64,000 bases of DNA from Pseudomonadota bacterium (GCA_021325135.1 JAJPHT010000051.1:1-64000); one strand, 5' to 3'; numbered from the stretch's first letter, positions 8,947 through 18,389 are shown. Numbers and translations: made by a program. Notes: generated from the sequence alone by a model not told the origin.

Positions 8947-9094
8947 TGGCCACGGAGCAGCGCCTCTGGCCTCCAGACCCTTGAAAGCGGCAGGCGCCGC
9001 ATCGCTTCGCAAGAGCCCAGGTCGCATTCCACCGAGCGTTTGAAGCAGTCGGCCTGTATCACCCATCTACCCATCCCCCTGCCAAGGAGTCAAA

Positions 9095-9538
9095 ATGCCG
9101 TCTGTGAAAACCCGAGAATTCCAAGTTGTGGCAGCCCGCGAGGCCGACGTCTACCGCGACTTCGCCAGAATCCACGAGTCGGCGCGCAAGGACGGACGAG
9201 GCAGGCCAATGCTGGAGGGAACCATTGCGCGGGTCAGAGTCCATGGAGGCAAGCGAGCGCTCGTGATTCTCCGCGGTGACGAAGAGGGAAAAGGCCTGGT
9301 GCCTCCCAGAATCCGAATCGATGACGCAACACGCCAGAAGCTCGGCCTGGCCAAAGGCATCACAGTCAGCCTGGAACTTTCCAAACCCCGCATTCTTGGG
9401 ACCTGGCGTTGGGCATGGTCCGCGACCGATCCGGCGTACCGCGTTGCTGCCCGACTCGCCTTCATCTCCTTGGTCCTGGGATTGCTCGTGGGGATCCTGG
9501 GACTCGTCCTGGGCATCATCCCCTTCTTCATGCGCTGA
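9095..9538 (+). CDS. Hypothetical protein with C-terminal transmembrane helix
   Basis: AAGGAG SD; hydrophobic tail LAFISLVLGLLVGILGLVLGIIPFF. Confidence 0.7.
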   Translation: MPSVKTREFQVVAAREADVYRDFARIHESARKDGRGRPMLEGTIARVRVHGGKRALVILRGDEEGKGLVPPRIRIDDATRQKLGLAKGITVSLELSKPRILGTWRWAWSATDPAYRVAARLAFISLVLGLLVGILGLVLGIIPFFMR

Positions 9539-9565
9539 GATGCACTTCCGAGGCTCTGAGGGCCG

Positions 9566-10915
9566 ATGGACGAACACGAAGCCCGCGAACTCAACGAGGC
9601 CGTTCAGCAGGACGCAGCCGATTGTACGACCTTTCACCTCCTCGACATGCTGGTGAACGACGTCAGCGTCTACCGGATGATCCTGGGCTGGGACGATTCG
9701 CCGCTCCCCGCATGGTTCTGCACCCGCAAGGCACCGAGCTACGCCCTCAAGACGCGGCTCCTGAGCCGAGGCGAGGCTGAGGCAACCATCGATGCCTCGC
9801 GCTTCATCGAGGTGCGCAGGCACGAACCCGAGATCATCAGCTGGACGCCGGACATTCCCAGCATGGAGGATCATGGCATCCTTCTCCCAGGCGCTGTCTA
9901 TGAGTTCTGGGCTCGTCCGGAAGAATTCGCCGCCAAACACGCCGCCTGGGTCCAAGCCGACGTCGCGTTTCCCACGGGCGGGTTCCGACCTCGACCCGGC
10001 TACGCAGGCTCCACCATTGTGGTCCTCCCTCGGAAGCGGCCCTTCCTGAGGGGAGTTCATGAATTGGTGGTGCCTGGCGGCCTGGCGCAGGCCCAGCCAT
10101 TGGTCCTCAGTGAGACGCTCATGGACGGCCCCGTCCACCTCTCGACGAGCAGCACCCCCGTCCGCATCGCGCACGACGCCGACCACGAGGACCACAACCT
10201 ACACCTTCAGCTCGCTGAGTGCGAGCAGACCTTCGCCGCGATTCACGCGGCCACGCCTACATGGGACGTCCACGTTCGCAGGCCAACACGCTTCCGCACA
10301 CGATCCGCCCGCGACATGCGACTCGACCTCTCTCAAGGCGGGGACCATCTCTCCTCCGCGAGCGTAGGACTGATCGGCGAAATTCGCATGTCGTTCGCCG
10401 CCGGCGACGCAAACGCATTGATCAGCGAACTACGCTCCATCGCAACCGAACAGCCTTGGCGGACGCGCGTTCCGGAATTCGGCTTTTCGCCTGATGCCCA
10501 ACTCCTCTACATCCCTGCAAGAAGCGACCCTCAAGCCCTTGCCATGGCACGTCTCTGGTTCCAGTCCGATGACGGCCCCATCGCCCTGTGCGATCCCTAC
10601 GCATCGCCCGAAAGCATCACCGCCTACCTTGGCAAGACGCGCAAGCTTCGGGTTCTCATGGGCTCGCGGCAATGGCGAGAGTTGACAGCCATCCGGCAGC
10701 GTGACCTTCGCAAGCAGGCAACGGAGTTGCGCACGCTCCCCAAAGAGATCCACGACCGGTTCTTGATCACCGCCGAGTCTGCATACGTCCTGGGATGCTC
10801 GCTCAACGCAATCGGCAGCGCGCACTCCTTCATCGTCCGCGTCGACCACCGTCACCGCCTCGAACTCGAAGGCATCTTCAACACACTCTGGGAGAACGCC
10901 ACGCCGCCCGCGTGA
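9566..10915 (+). CDS. Protein with C-terminal PLD-like nuclease domain (VPA1262-like)
   Basis: DPY ... IHDRFLIT ... LGCSLNAIG signature of HDRF-type PLD-fold domains. Confidence 0.6.
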   Translation: MDEHEARELNEAVQQDAADCTTFHLLDMLVNDVSVYRMILGWDDSPLPAWFCTRKAPSYALKTRLLSRGEAEATIDASRFIEVRRHEPEIISWTPDIPSMEDHGILLPGAVYEFWARPEEFAAKHAAWVQADVAFPTGGFRPRPGYAGSTIVVLPRKRPFLRGVHELVVPGGLAQAQPLVLSETLMDGPVHLSTSSTPVRIAHDADHEDHNLHLQLAECEQTFAAIHAATPTWDVHVRRPTRFRTRSARDMRLDLSQGGDHLSSASVGLIGEIRMSFAAGDANALISELRSIATEQPWRTRVPEFGFSPDAQLLYIPARSDPQALAMARLWFQSDDGPIALCDPYASPESITAYLGKTRKLRVLMGSRQWRELTAIRQRDLRKQATELRTLPKEIHDRFLITAESAYVLGCSLNAIGSAHSFIVRVDHRHRLELEGIFNTLWENATPPA

Positions 10916-10982
10916 ATTCCCGGAGCGGAGCACCCTTTCCTGACACGACCGCACAGCGCCCCCTCAGGCGCACCTGTGCCCC

Positions 10983-10995
10983 CTGAACCAAGCCC
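10983..10995 (+). promoter_or_regulatory. Element-specific motif CTGAACCAAGCCC (26 nt before ATG 11009)
   Basis: Exact motif copy. Confidence 0.7.
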
Positions 10996-11008
10996 TTTTG
11001 GCATTCTC

Positions 11009-12175
11009 ATGGTAGTCCAAGGACACGCCAGCAGCAAGCCTGATTCCCACTTTCCTCACCAGACTTTCCAGACGCATCTAGGCGCTCTGCCACCTGCCCA
11101 GAAGACTAGTCCCTCCATCGCCCTCTGGGAAGCCAATGTTCTCGCCGACCTCGCTACAATGTCCTATGAAGAGGTCTCCGCGAAGCATGGCATCAGCCGA
11201 GGCAAGATCTGGAAACTCGCCCTCCGCCACAACGCGAGAAAGAACGAAGCACGAATCCAAGAACGCGCAGCCGCACGCGCCCGGCGACGGAAAGAGTTCC
11301 TTCAGGAGCTCCTCAACGCGTCCACGACGAGCGACGTCCTGGATTTCCTGGATGGGCTGCCGGATGAGTCGGTGGCGCTTCACATCACGTCGCCTCCCTA
11401 TAATGTGGGCAAGCCGTACGGCGACGCGCACCTGATCGACAAGCACCGCTTCCACTACTACATCGGCTGGCTTCTCCAAGTCGTCAGCGAGCTGGCCCGG
11501 ACGACGGCGCAGGGCGGGGTGATCTGTCTCCAGGTGGGCAACACGCACACGGACCAAGGCGCGCGCTACCCCCTTGACTGCGTCCTCTTCGAGCACCTCT
11601 GCGCCATGGGCCTGACCTACCAGGACCGCGTCGTCTGGGAATTCCCCCACGGCCTCACGCCCAAGAACCGGCTCGCCGAGCGCTACGAAGTCATGCTCAT
11701 TTTCAGCAAGGGCGCGCCCAAGACCTTCAACGCCACGCCCGCCCGCACGCCCCAGAAGGAACCCGACAAGCGCGCCTTCAAAGGACCCAACAAAGGCAAG
11801 TTGAGCGGCAACCCCTTCGGCGCCCACCCCACGAACGTGTGGCGCATCCGCCACCTGGGCCACAACCACAAGGAGCGAACCGGCCACCCCGCCCAGTTCC
11901 CCGAGGAGCTCGCCCGACGCGCCGTGCTTCTCTACACCATGCCCGGCGATCTCGTGGCCGATGTCTTTTCCGGAAGCGGGACAGCCCTGGCCGTCGCCAA
12001 GAAAACAGGTCGCGCCTTCGTCGGAGCCGACCTATACTACGAGGATCTCCGCGCGCAGCGGCTTGCCGCCATCGAGCCCGACCTCGCTAGCACCCTTCCC
12101 GGCGTGACGCCTGAGTCCATCGCCATCTGGGCGGCCGAAGCCCGAGCCGTCACGGCGAGCGCCACCCCATCCTGA
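11009..12175 (+). CDS. Orphan beta-class N4-cytosine/N6-adenine DNA methyltransferase with N-terminal HTH-like region
   Basis: ITSPPY (motif IV) precedes HPAQFPEEL and DVFSGSGT (motif I). The N-terminus SYEEVSAKHGISRGKIW resembles an HTH. Confidence 0.9.
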   Translation: MVVQGHASSKPDSHFPHQTFQTHLGALPPAQKTSPSIALWEANVLADLATMSYEEVSAKHGISRGKIWKLALRHNARKNEARIQERAAARARRRKEFLQELLNASTTSDVLDFLDGLPDESVALHITSPPYNVGKPYGDAHLIDKHRFHYYIGWLLQVVSELARTTAQGGVICLQVGNTHTDQGARYPLDCVLFEHLCAMGLTYQDRVVWEFPHGLTPKNRLAERYEVMLIFSKGAPKTFNATPARTPQKEPDKRAFKGPNKGKLSGNPFGAHPTNVWRIRHLGHNHKERTGHPAQFPEELARRAVLLYTMPGDLVADVFSGSGTALAVAKKTGRAFVGADLYYEDLRAQRLAAIEPDLASTLPGVTPESIAIWAAEARAVTASATPS

Positions 12176-12313
12176 GCGCGATCGCCGGGTGCCCCGGCTC
12201 ATCGACACATCCGATCCAGCCCTGTTGCACGAAGACCTCCACTACCAGCGGAGACACGGCGCAAGCTGCGCGGGACTCCAGCGGGAGGCCGATCAACTCG
12301 AAACATCGTCGAG

Positions 12314-13063
12314 CTACGGGGCGCGGCCGGCTGCGGCCCAGGCCTCGCCCGCCGCAGACCCAAGGAGGAACGCATCGTACGTCGCCAAACCCGCCTCGAC
12401 GTACCCCCAAGCTTCCTGAACTGACAGGGTCCGGCCGGCCAGTTTGAAGGGCTCCTGGAAGACCACGCCGGTGCCTTGGATCAGGGCGTATCCGTGGGAC
12501 CACCCGTTCCGCATGTCGGTGAGCGACCACGCGCCCCCGTGGTACCACCCCAGGTCCCAAAAGTGGGCCCAGAGGCGCTCGGGCTCGCGCGCGGCCCGGA
12601 CCTGCGCATCCTTGAGCGCTTCATCCCACGAGACCTTCACCATGTCGTTGAGCAGCTCGTTGAGCAACTCCAGACCGGTGAAGACCGCGAAGACGTTCTG
12701 GTGGTTCACGGGCTCGTCCACGATCAGGCGCAAATTCGTTTCGATGGCCCGCGTCCGTCCGGATGGGCGGTACGCGACGCCTCGCCAATGCCCCCTCGCG
12801 GAGGCGTTCGGCATCGCCCGGCGCACAGCCGCGCTGGCGGCCGCGTAGGCGTCCCAGGCATCGCCAACCAGGAGCTTGGCCCGCCGCGTCTCCGTCCATA
12901 GCACGTCAGCCAAGCGTGCATCGTCGATCGCGCGCCCCGGCCCGTGCGCCGCGCTCATGGTCCGGTGAATCTCGCCGAAGACGGGTCCGCCCTGGCGCCT
13001 CGCGAAGTCGAGGAAAATCTCGATCCGCTTCGCGCGACCCAATCCAGCCCCATCCTGGCCCAT
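12314..13063 (-). CDS. Hypothetical protein
   Basis: About 250-aa ORF with protein-like composition; ATG at 13063. Confidence 0.65.
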   Translation of the reverse strand: MGQDGAGLGRAKRIEIFLDFARRQGGPVFGEIHRTMSAAHGPGRAIDDARLADVLWTETRRAKLLVGDAWDAYAAASAAVRRAMPNASARGHWRGVAYRPSGRTRAIETNLRLIVDEPVNHQNVFAVFTGLELLNELLNDMVKVSWDEALKDAQVRAAREPERLWAHFWDLGWYHGGAWSLTDMRNGWSHGYALIQGTGVVFQEPFKLAGRTLSVQEAWGYVEAGLATYDAFLLGSAAGEAWAAAGRAP

Positions 13064-13127
13064 GCCGCCGCCAGGACGACGCACAGGCCATAATCCTTCC
13101 GGGGCGCCGCATCCTCGCCGCGCCGTG

Positions 13128-13140
13128 TTGAACAAACCGC
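13128..13140 (+). promoter_or_regulatory. Element-specific motif variant TTGAACAAACCGC (28 nt before ATG 13156)
   Basis: Degenerate copy at the same spacing. Confidence 0.55.
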
Positions 13141-13155
13141 CCTTGGACACCACCC

Positions 13156-13371
13156 ATGGACTCCAACCTGAGTTTCCTCGCCACCTACTGTGAGCTTTGC
13201 ACCTCCGGGCGTCGTGCGTTCACGTTCTCCTACGACTTGGGCGGCGGCCGTCGCGTCCGGGTCAAGGCGTGCACGCGATGCACGCGGCGTGAACAGCGGC
13301 GTCGCCCACGTCTGCGGCCCCGGCCGCTCAACCTGCCCACCACGACCCGACGCCAGCGCGAGCTGCGCTAG
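13156..13371 (+). CDS. Basic CxxC/CxxC zinc-finger microprotein
   Basis: CELC...CTRC with an Arg-rich tail; ATG follows the motif. Confidence 0.65.
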   Translation: MDSNLSFLATYCELCTSGRRAFTFSYDLGGGRRVRVKACTRCTRREQRRRPRLRPRPLNLPTTTRRQRELR

Positions 13372-13384
13372 ACGCTCCATCCCC

Positions 13385-13397
13385 TTGGACAAAGCCC
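13385..13397 (+). promoter_or_regulatory. Element-specific motif TTGGACAAAGCCC (26 nt before ATG 13411)
   Basis: Motif copy; suggests the true start is 13411 rather than 13399. Confidence 0.65.
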
Positions 13398-13410
13398 CAT
13401 GCAAACTTGT

Positions 13411-15513
13411 ATGACACGACAATCACGAGCCAGTCCCGAACGTCACAAGAAGATCGAGCGCGACTCCGAGCGTGCCCTCGAGGTCATGCGCCTGATCGCC
13501 CAGATTGAGACGAACAACCACAACGTCCCGTACGCGGGCATCCACGGCGCAGCGGCCGTGCCCTGCAGCACGTGCTACGCCCTGCCCCCGCATCCGTGCC
13601 TTCGCCCCAGCGGGCACGTCACGCGAGCGGGCTTCGGCGCCTTCCACGCCGCCCGACGTGCGTTGGCCGAACGCGTCAGCCTCGTGGGCCTGATCTGCCA
13701 GGATTGCAGCACCCCCGACGGGCCAGCCCACGACGACGAGGACGTCGGGCACTACGTTGCCGCCGTGGCCGACAGCGAAGAGAACCACAAGGCCGACCTC
13801 CCCATCGGGCGCCTGCTGTGCGGCCCCTGTTTCGCCAAGCGCGTCGGCACGGACCCACTCCCCCTGAAGCCCAAGCGAACCACGAAGAAGCACCTGAAAG
13901 ACCCGCAGCATCCCCCCAAGACAGACAAGCCGGCCGCCGAAGCGCCCTTCGAGACCGAGGGCTGGGTGCTCCTGGAGCACACCGTCACCATGGATGACGG
14001 ACGCACCTCGACGACACGCTTCTTCGTCAAGAAGGACCGGCCCCCCAAGACCGGGAGACCCATCCCATTGCCCGCGGACAGCGCCGTCGTCTGGACTCCT
14101 GCGGGGCCCGAACTGCGCGCAGCTCTACGACGCGGGCCCAGAGGGCGCCAGGCGCTCGCCCCGCTCCCGCATGAGCAGGCGTTGCCGCGCCTAGGGGGTC
14201 CGCATGACGCCCTCCGCGATGTGGAACTGTTCGGCCTCGACTCCGGACGACCCGAGAATGACGAGGCCGAAGCAAGGGCGCGCCGCACCTTCCTCGCTGA
14301 GGCCCACGCGGAGCGTTCCGACGCAGAGGCAGAGTTCGCTCGGTTGGCCGCCCAAGCATCCCTCATCGGAAAGCCGCTAGCGCAACCGACGACGACATCG
14401 AAACACTCGGACGGAGAGGCCGAGGGTCAGGTTCTCGTCATGGTGCGCGAAGCAGCGGAGCGCCACTTCCTCGTCTTCCGCGCCATCTTCGGGGAGCGCC
14501 GCGTCCGGAAATCTGGTCCTCCCTTCGCGTGGGGCAATCGGAGCCTTCTCGAAACGATCCTTCCTGCCTGCCTCGCGTTCGCGCGGGTCCACGGCGCGGC
14601 GCGCTTCCGCGTCGTGACCCCCGACGGGATGGGTCGCGAGTACGCCATCAAGGGCACCGAGGAGGCCACGCGCCTGAAGCCGATCGCGACGGGCCGGCGG
14701 CTCATGTACACGCGGCCTCCAACCGAGGCCGAATGCCAAGAGGCCGTCGAACTCGCCTTGGAGGTCGCCTGCTGCGTCTGCGCGGCCCCGCCCCACGTGA
14801 CTTGCAAGGGCGGCAAGCTACACGCGCCCCGCTTCGAGGCTGGCTGCCCGCCCTGTGTCGGATGGAATGGCCAACTCACACAGGCGCGAGGCACCCAGCC
14901 CGACAGCCCCACGGTCGCGAAGCCGGAGACCGCGACGTGCGCCACATGCGGACGCGACGACCTACGACAACGGACGAACGGCAACCTCGTCGCGCACGAC
15001 ACGCCGACAGGCGCACGTTGCGATGGCCAGCGGGCCCTGGGTGAGGATACCGCCCGCCGACACCTCTTGGCCCGCACCACGATGGAGGCCTACGCCGCCC
15101 GGCGCGATGCCCTCCTGAGCATCGCGCCGACTCCCGACCAGTGGGAGCCGCGCCAAGTCGAACTCCGGGAGGAGATCCAGCGCTGGATCAGCCTGGGCTT
15201 CCGCATCGGCACCGAGCCCTTCGAACGCTTCTGCCCGGACTGCCACGCTCCGCCATTCCTGTTGTGCATCGACAACGGCAAGCCGTGGGATGCCCCCGGC
15301 CTGAGCCCAACCCAGACCCACGCGGCCCGCCGTGCCGGTCCCACAGTCCAGGCCAGTGCCTCTACCCCACCGGCCCTGGCTAGTACCCCCAAGCCACAGA
15401 TCCCGGCATCAACTCAGCCTGCGGAGCCTCGACCGGCCTCACTGGAAGGATGGAAGCCCACCATCCAGGCGCGCCTGACCCGGTGGGTCGCCGACAGCCC
15501 AGCGACCCCGTAG
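13411..15513 (+). CDS. Large multi-zinc-finger protein
   Basis: Three CxxCxAxP...C...HxxR modules (CSTCYALP, CCVCAAPP, CPDCHAPP), plus CQDC...CGPC and CATC...H...C. Confidence 0.75.
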   Translation: MTRQSRASPERHKKIERDSERALEVMRLIAQIETNNHNVPYAGIHGAAAVPCSTCYALPPHPCLRPSGHVTRAGFGAFHAARRALAERVSLVGLICQDCSTPDGPAHDDEDVGHYVAAVADSEENHKADLPIGRLLCGPCFAKRVGTDPLPLKPKRTTKKHLKDPQHPPKTDKPAAEAPFETEGWVLLEHTVTMDDGRTSTTRFFVKKDRPPKTGRPIPLPADSAVVWTPAGPELRAALRRGPRGRQALAPLPHEQALPRLGGPHDALRDVELFGLDSGRPENDEAEARARRTFLAEAHAERSDAEAEFARLAAQASLIGKPLAQPTTTSKHSDGEAEGQVLVMVREAAERHFLVFRAIFGERRVRKSGPPFAWGNRSLLETILPACLAFARVHGAARFRVVTPDGMGREYAIKGTEEATRLKPIATGRRLMYTRPPTEAECQEAVELALEVACCVCAAPPHVTCKGGKLHAPRFEAGCPPCVGWNGQLTQARGTQPDSPTVAKPETATCATCGRDDLRQRTNGNLVAHDTPTGARCDGQRALGEDTARRHLLARTTMEAYAARRDALLSIAPTPDQWEPRQVELREEIQRWISLGFRIGTEPFERFCPDCHAPPFLLCIDNGKPWDAPGLSPTQTHAARRAGPTVQASASTPPALASTPKPQIPASTQPAEPRPASLEGWKPTIQARLTRWVADSPATP

Positions 15514-15598
15514 ACGCTCTGCGCGTCTTGACGAAGCGCGCCAAGGAGAAGTCTCCTGGACGTGACGCCCATCGGCATGCGGTCCATGCGGTCGGGGA

Positions 15599-15871
15599 CT
15601 ACTTCGCCAGGAGCCTGATCGCGCGCTCCAAAGCCAGCATCGCGGCGCACGTGGCGGCCTCGGCGCGCTTCGTGGGCTCCGCGAGGTCCATACTCGCGCG
15701 CTCGGCGTCCTGGATGGCGAAGACGGCGTGCCTGACGGCCTCCGTGGCGGCCTCCAAGGCGTCAGAGCGGTTGGCGGCCAACGCCTCGCGGGAGAGGGCG
15801 CCGGCCTTCTCCACGATGGCCTCTGCCTCCGTCAAGCGCGTGCGCGCGAGGTCCCGCGGTGAGGCGGCCAC
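15599..15871 (-). CDS. Small Ala-rich helical hypothetical protein (start uncertain)
   Basis: The C-terminal ~90 aa of ORF 15599..16870 is protein-like (VAASPRDLARTRLTEAEAIVEKA...). The rest of that ORF is antisense to a real gene. Confidence 0.45.
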   Translation of the reverse strand: MAASPRDLARTRLTEAEAIVEKAGALSREALAANRSDALEAATEAVRHAVFAIQDAERASMDLAEPTKRAEAATCAAMLALERAIRLLAK

Positions 15872-16234
15872 GGGCGGGCCAGCCGGGACGCAAGGGATGA
15901 GGTTTGGCGGGCTGCACGCCCTCGGGTGCGGCCACCATCTTGCGGCAAGCAGGAGGTTCGCCCCTCCCGAGAAGAAGGCCGACGGGCTGGGGGCCGGGCT
16001 CGCCCTCGGATGTCTCGCCTCGTTGGCCCTGGTCATGCGCTCCCGCCGGGAGCCATAGCGGGCCATCAGGGGAGGCCCAAGGCCGGCGAGGCTGTTGGCA
16101 CGCGGAGGCGATCCTCCAGCTCGCGCGGCGCCAAGCATCACCCGCCCATGTATTGCAGAAGCGCTTTCAACCCGGATAGTGTGCCCGCCCCCGTGGGCCC
16201 TGCTCGCTCCAAGCCGCTCCGGCAAGGAAGCGGC

Positions 16235-16858
16235 GTGGTGGCACTCGTGCGCCCGAGGATCAAGCGCATCGTCAGGGAAATCTACGAACTTCGAATCACC
16301 TTGGGGGGTATCGACCCGCCCGTGTGGCGGTTGGTTCACGTGCCGGCCGACGCCACGCTCCATCAACTCCACGATCTCATCCAAGCGATCATGCCCTGGA
16401 ACGGCGCGCACCTCTACGAGTTCTGGGCCCGCGACCAACGCATTGGCCTGCCCGACGAGGAAGCCGAGGACAACGAGGACGTCTTGGACTCGCGAGAAGT
16501 CCGACTCCTCGACTTGGGCCTGCGCCGAAGATCTTGGTTCATCTACGTCTGGGACTTCGGGGATGATTGGCGTCACACGATCCAGCTCGTAAACCGATTC
16601 CCGGCCGAGTCGGACGCCACCTACCCGTATTGCGTGGACGGGGGACGAGCTGCTCCACCCGACGACTGCGGAGGCCCAAGCGGCTACTTGCACATGCTCT
16701 CGGCCCTTCGCGACCCCGCGCATGCGGAACACGAGAGTTGGAAAACGTGGGTCGGGGACTCGTTCGATCCCGAAGCCTTCGACGTGGACATCGCGAACCA
16801 TGATCTTCGAGTCCTTTCTCGGTCCTGGCGAGGGCCACAGCGGAAAAGCCCTCGTTGA
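16235..16858 (+). CDS. Plasmid pRiA4b ORF-3 family protein
   Basis: YELRITL..PPVWR..LHQLHDLIQ..W..HLYEF..YVWDFGDDWRH..PPDDCGG signature. Confidence 0.9.
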   Translation: MVALVRPRIKRIVREIYELRITLGGIDPPVWRLVHVPADATLHQLHDLIQAIMPWNGAHLYEFWARDQRIGLPDEEAEDNEDVLDSREVRLLDLGLRRRSWFIYVWDFGDDWRHTIQLVNRFPAESDATYPYCVDGGRAAPPDDCGGPSGYLHMLSALRDPAHAEHESWKTWVGDSFDPEAFDVDIANHDLRVLSRSWRGPQRKSPR

Positions 16859-16997
16859 ACCTTGATGCATCGAAGTCGCTCCATCAGGGGGCCGTTCCTA
16901 CTATGCCGGCAGGGCGGTGTCCACCAAGGCCGTCGAGCCAAACTGAGTGTGGATGGTTCCACCAAAGGTCGATGCACGTGCTCTACGCTCCACGCCC

Positions 16998-17849
16998 GTG
17001 AGACTCCTCCTCCGCGCTCTGATCCTTCTCGCCCTGCTTTCTCCCCTCCTCATGCCCTCCTTGGGAGAGGCGCAAGGCGTCCCGTCCAATCTCGACCCCA
17101 CGCAGGGGCCCCTCATGACCCGCGCGACAGGAGCCTACCCCGCCTTGGACCCCATCGTGATCCCACCCGCATCCCAAGGCGGCTTCACGGTGTTCATTCT
17201 CCTGGCCAGCAACAAGGGAACGGCGGACTTCTCGGGCGATCTTCATGCCCAAATCCCCGAGTTCGGCATCGACGTGCGCGTGCCCTTCCCCATCCCATTG
17301 GGCAGCGTTGAGTTCGAGGTCGTCCCGGTCGACGTGCCCATGGATGCGCCGGATCTTGTGCACGTGCGCCTCGCGTTCGACGAGAACGGCACCGAGGTCG
17401 GGCACGGCGAGGAGCGGACGTTCCAAGTCGTCCCCGCCAACACGGACCCCTGCCAAGGCGCCGTCGGCATCGTGAGAAGCTCGGGAGCCAAGGCGGCCCT
17501 CGTGGGCGACGCCGCGCGATACGCCTACGTCGCCTGTAACGGTTCAAACACCACGCAGACGTTCGACGTCTCCTTCCACGACGCAACCACCCAGCGACCC
17601 CTCTGGACTCACGAGGAGGCCATCGCCTTCTTCGCCAACGCCACGAACGGCGCCATCGTGACTGACACGGTCGATCCCTACCATTTCACGCTCCCGCCCC
17701 ACGGGATTGAGTCATTCCTGTTCTCGATTGACGACGCGCCCCCGCCCAGCCAAATCAAGCCAATCGCAGAGCTTCGGATTAACAACGGGACGCCGAGTCA
17801 ACAATCAGGACTTGACCCGGTCACATTCGCTCCTCCCGCGTTCGGTTGA
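16998..17849 (+). CDS. Secreted beta-rich (Ig-like) protein
   Basis: Signal peptide RLLLRALILLALLSPLLMPSLGEAQ; several NxT sequons. Confidence 0.65.
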   Translation: MRLLLRALILLALLSPLLMPSLGEAQGVPSNLDPTQGPLMTRATGAYPALDPIVIPPASQGGFTVFILLASNKGTADFSGDLHAQIPEFGIDVRVPFPIPLGSVEFEVVPVDVPMDAPDLVHVRLAFDENGTEVGHGEERTFQVVPANTDPCQGAVGIVRSSGAKAALVGDAARYAYVACNGSNTTQTFDVSFHDATTQRPLWTHEEAIAFFANATNGAIVTDTVDPYHFTLPPHGIESFLFSIDDAPPPSQIKPIAELRINNGTPSQQSGLDPVTFAPPAFG

Positions 17850-18149
17850 ATCGGGACGTGTCCGTCCCCGAGGCAAGCTCCCAATTGTTGACGCGACCCG
17901 CGACCCCAGCGGGTAGCTGGGCCCGTGGCTGTGTTTCGTCGGACCCGACCGCCTCTGCATGAAGGATTGGAGGGTTGCCGCGCGGCTTTGGGGAAGCTTC
18001 TCTCGCGGCAACCCGTAACGCCCGCGCTTTCGCGGCGCGGGCCATGGGGCAAAGAATGCAGCATGCTTAACCGCCCCATCACGAGCCGTGATGAATTGCA
18101 AACCAACCTCCAAAGAATGGGCCGCCGGCGGCCCATCCCACGATGCTCC

Positions 18150-18389
18150 TCAGGGGAGTTCGATTCTCATGATGTTTGACCCGCTCACGGGTTGGAAGCC
18201 GCACTTGGCGTAGAATGCTCGCTGGCGTTCAAGGTCAGCGGCATAGCCGCCCGGTTCCACGAGAACCACGGCAGGGCCTTGCCGCCGGATGGCTTCCAGG
18301 AGCCGCTTGACCATGCGCTCCCCAAGGCCTCGGCCTCGCTGGGCCGGATCGCGGACGACGACCCGAGTGACGTACCACTCCAAGCCCAC
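18150..18389 (-). CDS. GNAT-family acetyltransferase (short; 5' end possibly disrupted)
   Basis: QRGRGLG acetyl-CoA motif A and FYAKCGF motif B. The frame is open ~30 codons further upstream without a start codon. Confidence 0.7.
   Translation of the reverse strand: MGLEWYVTRVVVRDPAQRGRGLGERMVKRLLEAIRRQGPAVVLVEPGGYAADLERQRAFYAKCGFQPVSGSNIMRIELP

Noticed and set aside
660-13397. Dispersed 13-mer as CRISPR repeats or integron attC sites
   Set aside because: Too short, non-palindromic, and fixed relative to start codons rather than gene ends; a promoter interpretation fits better.
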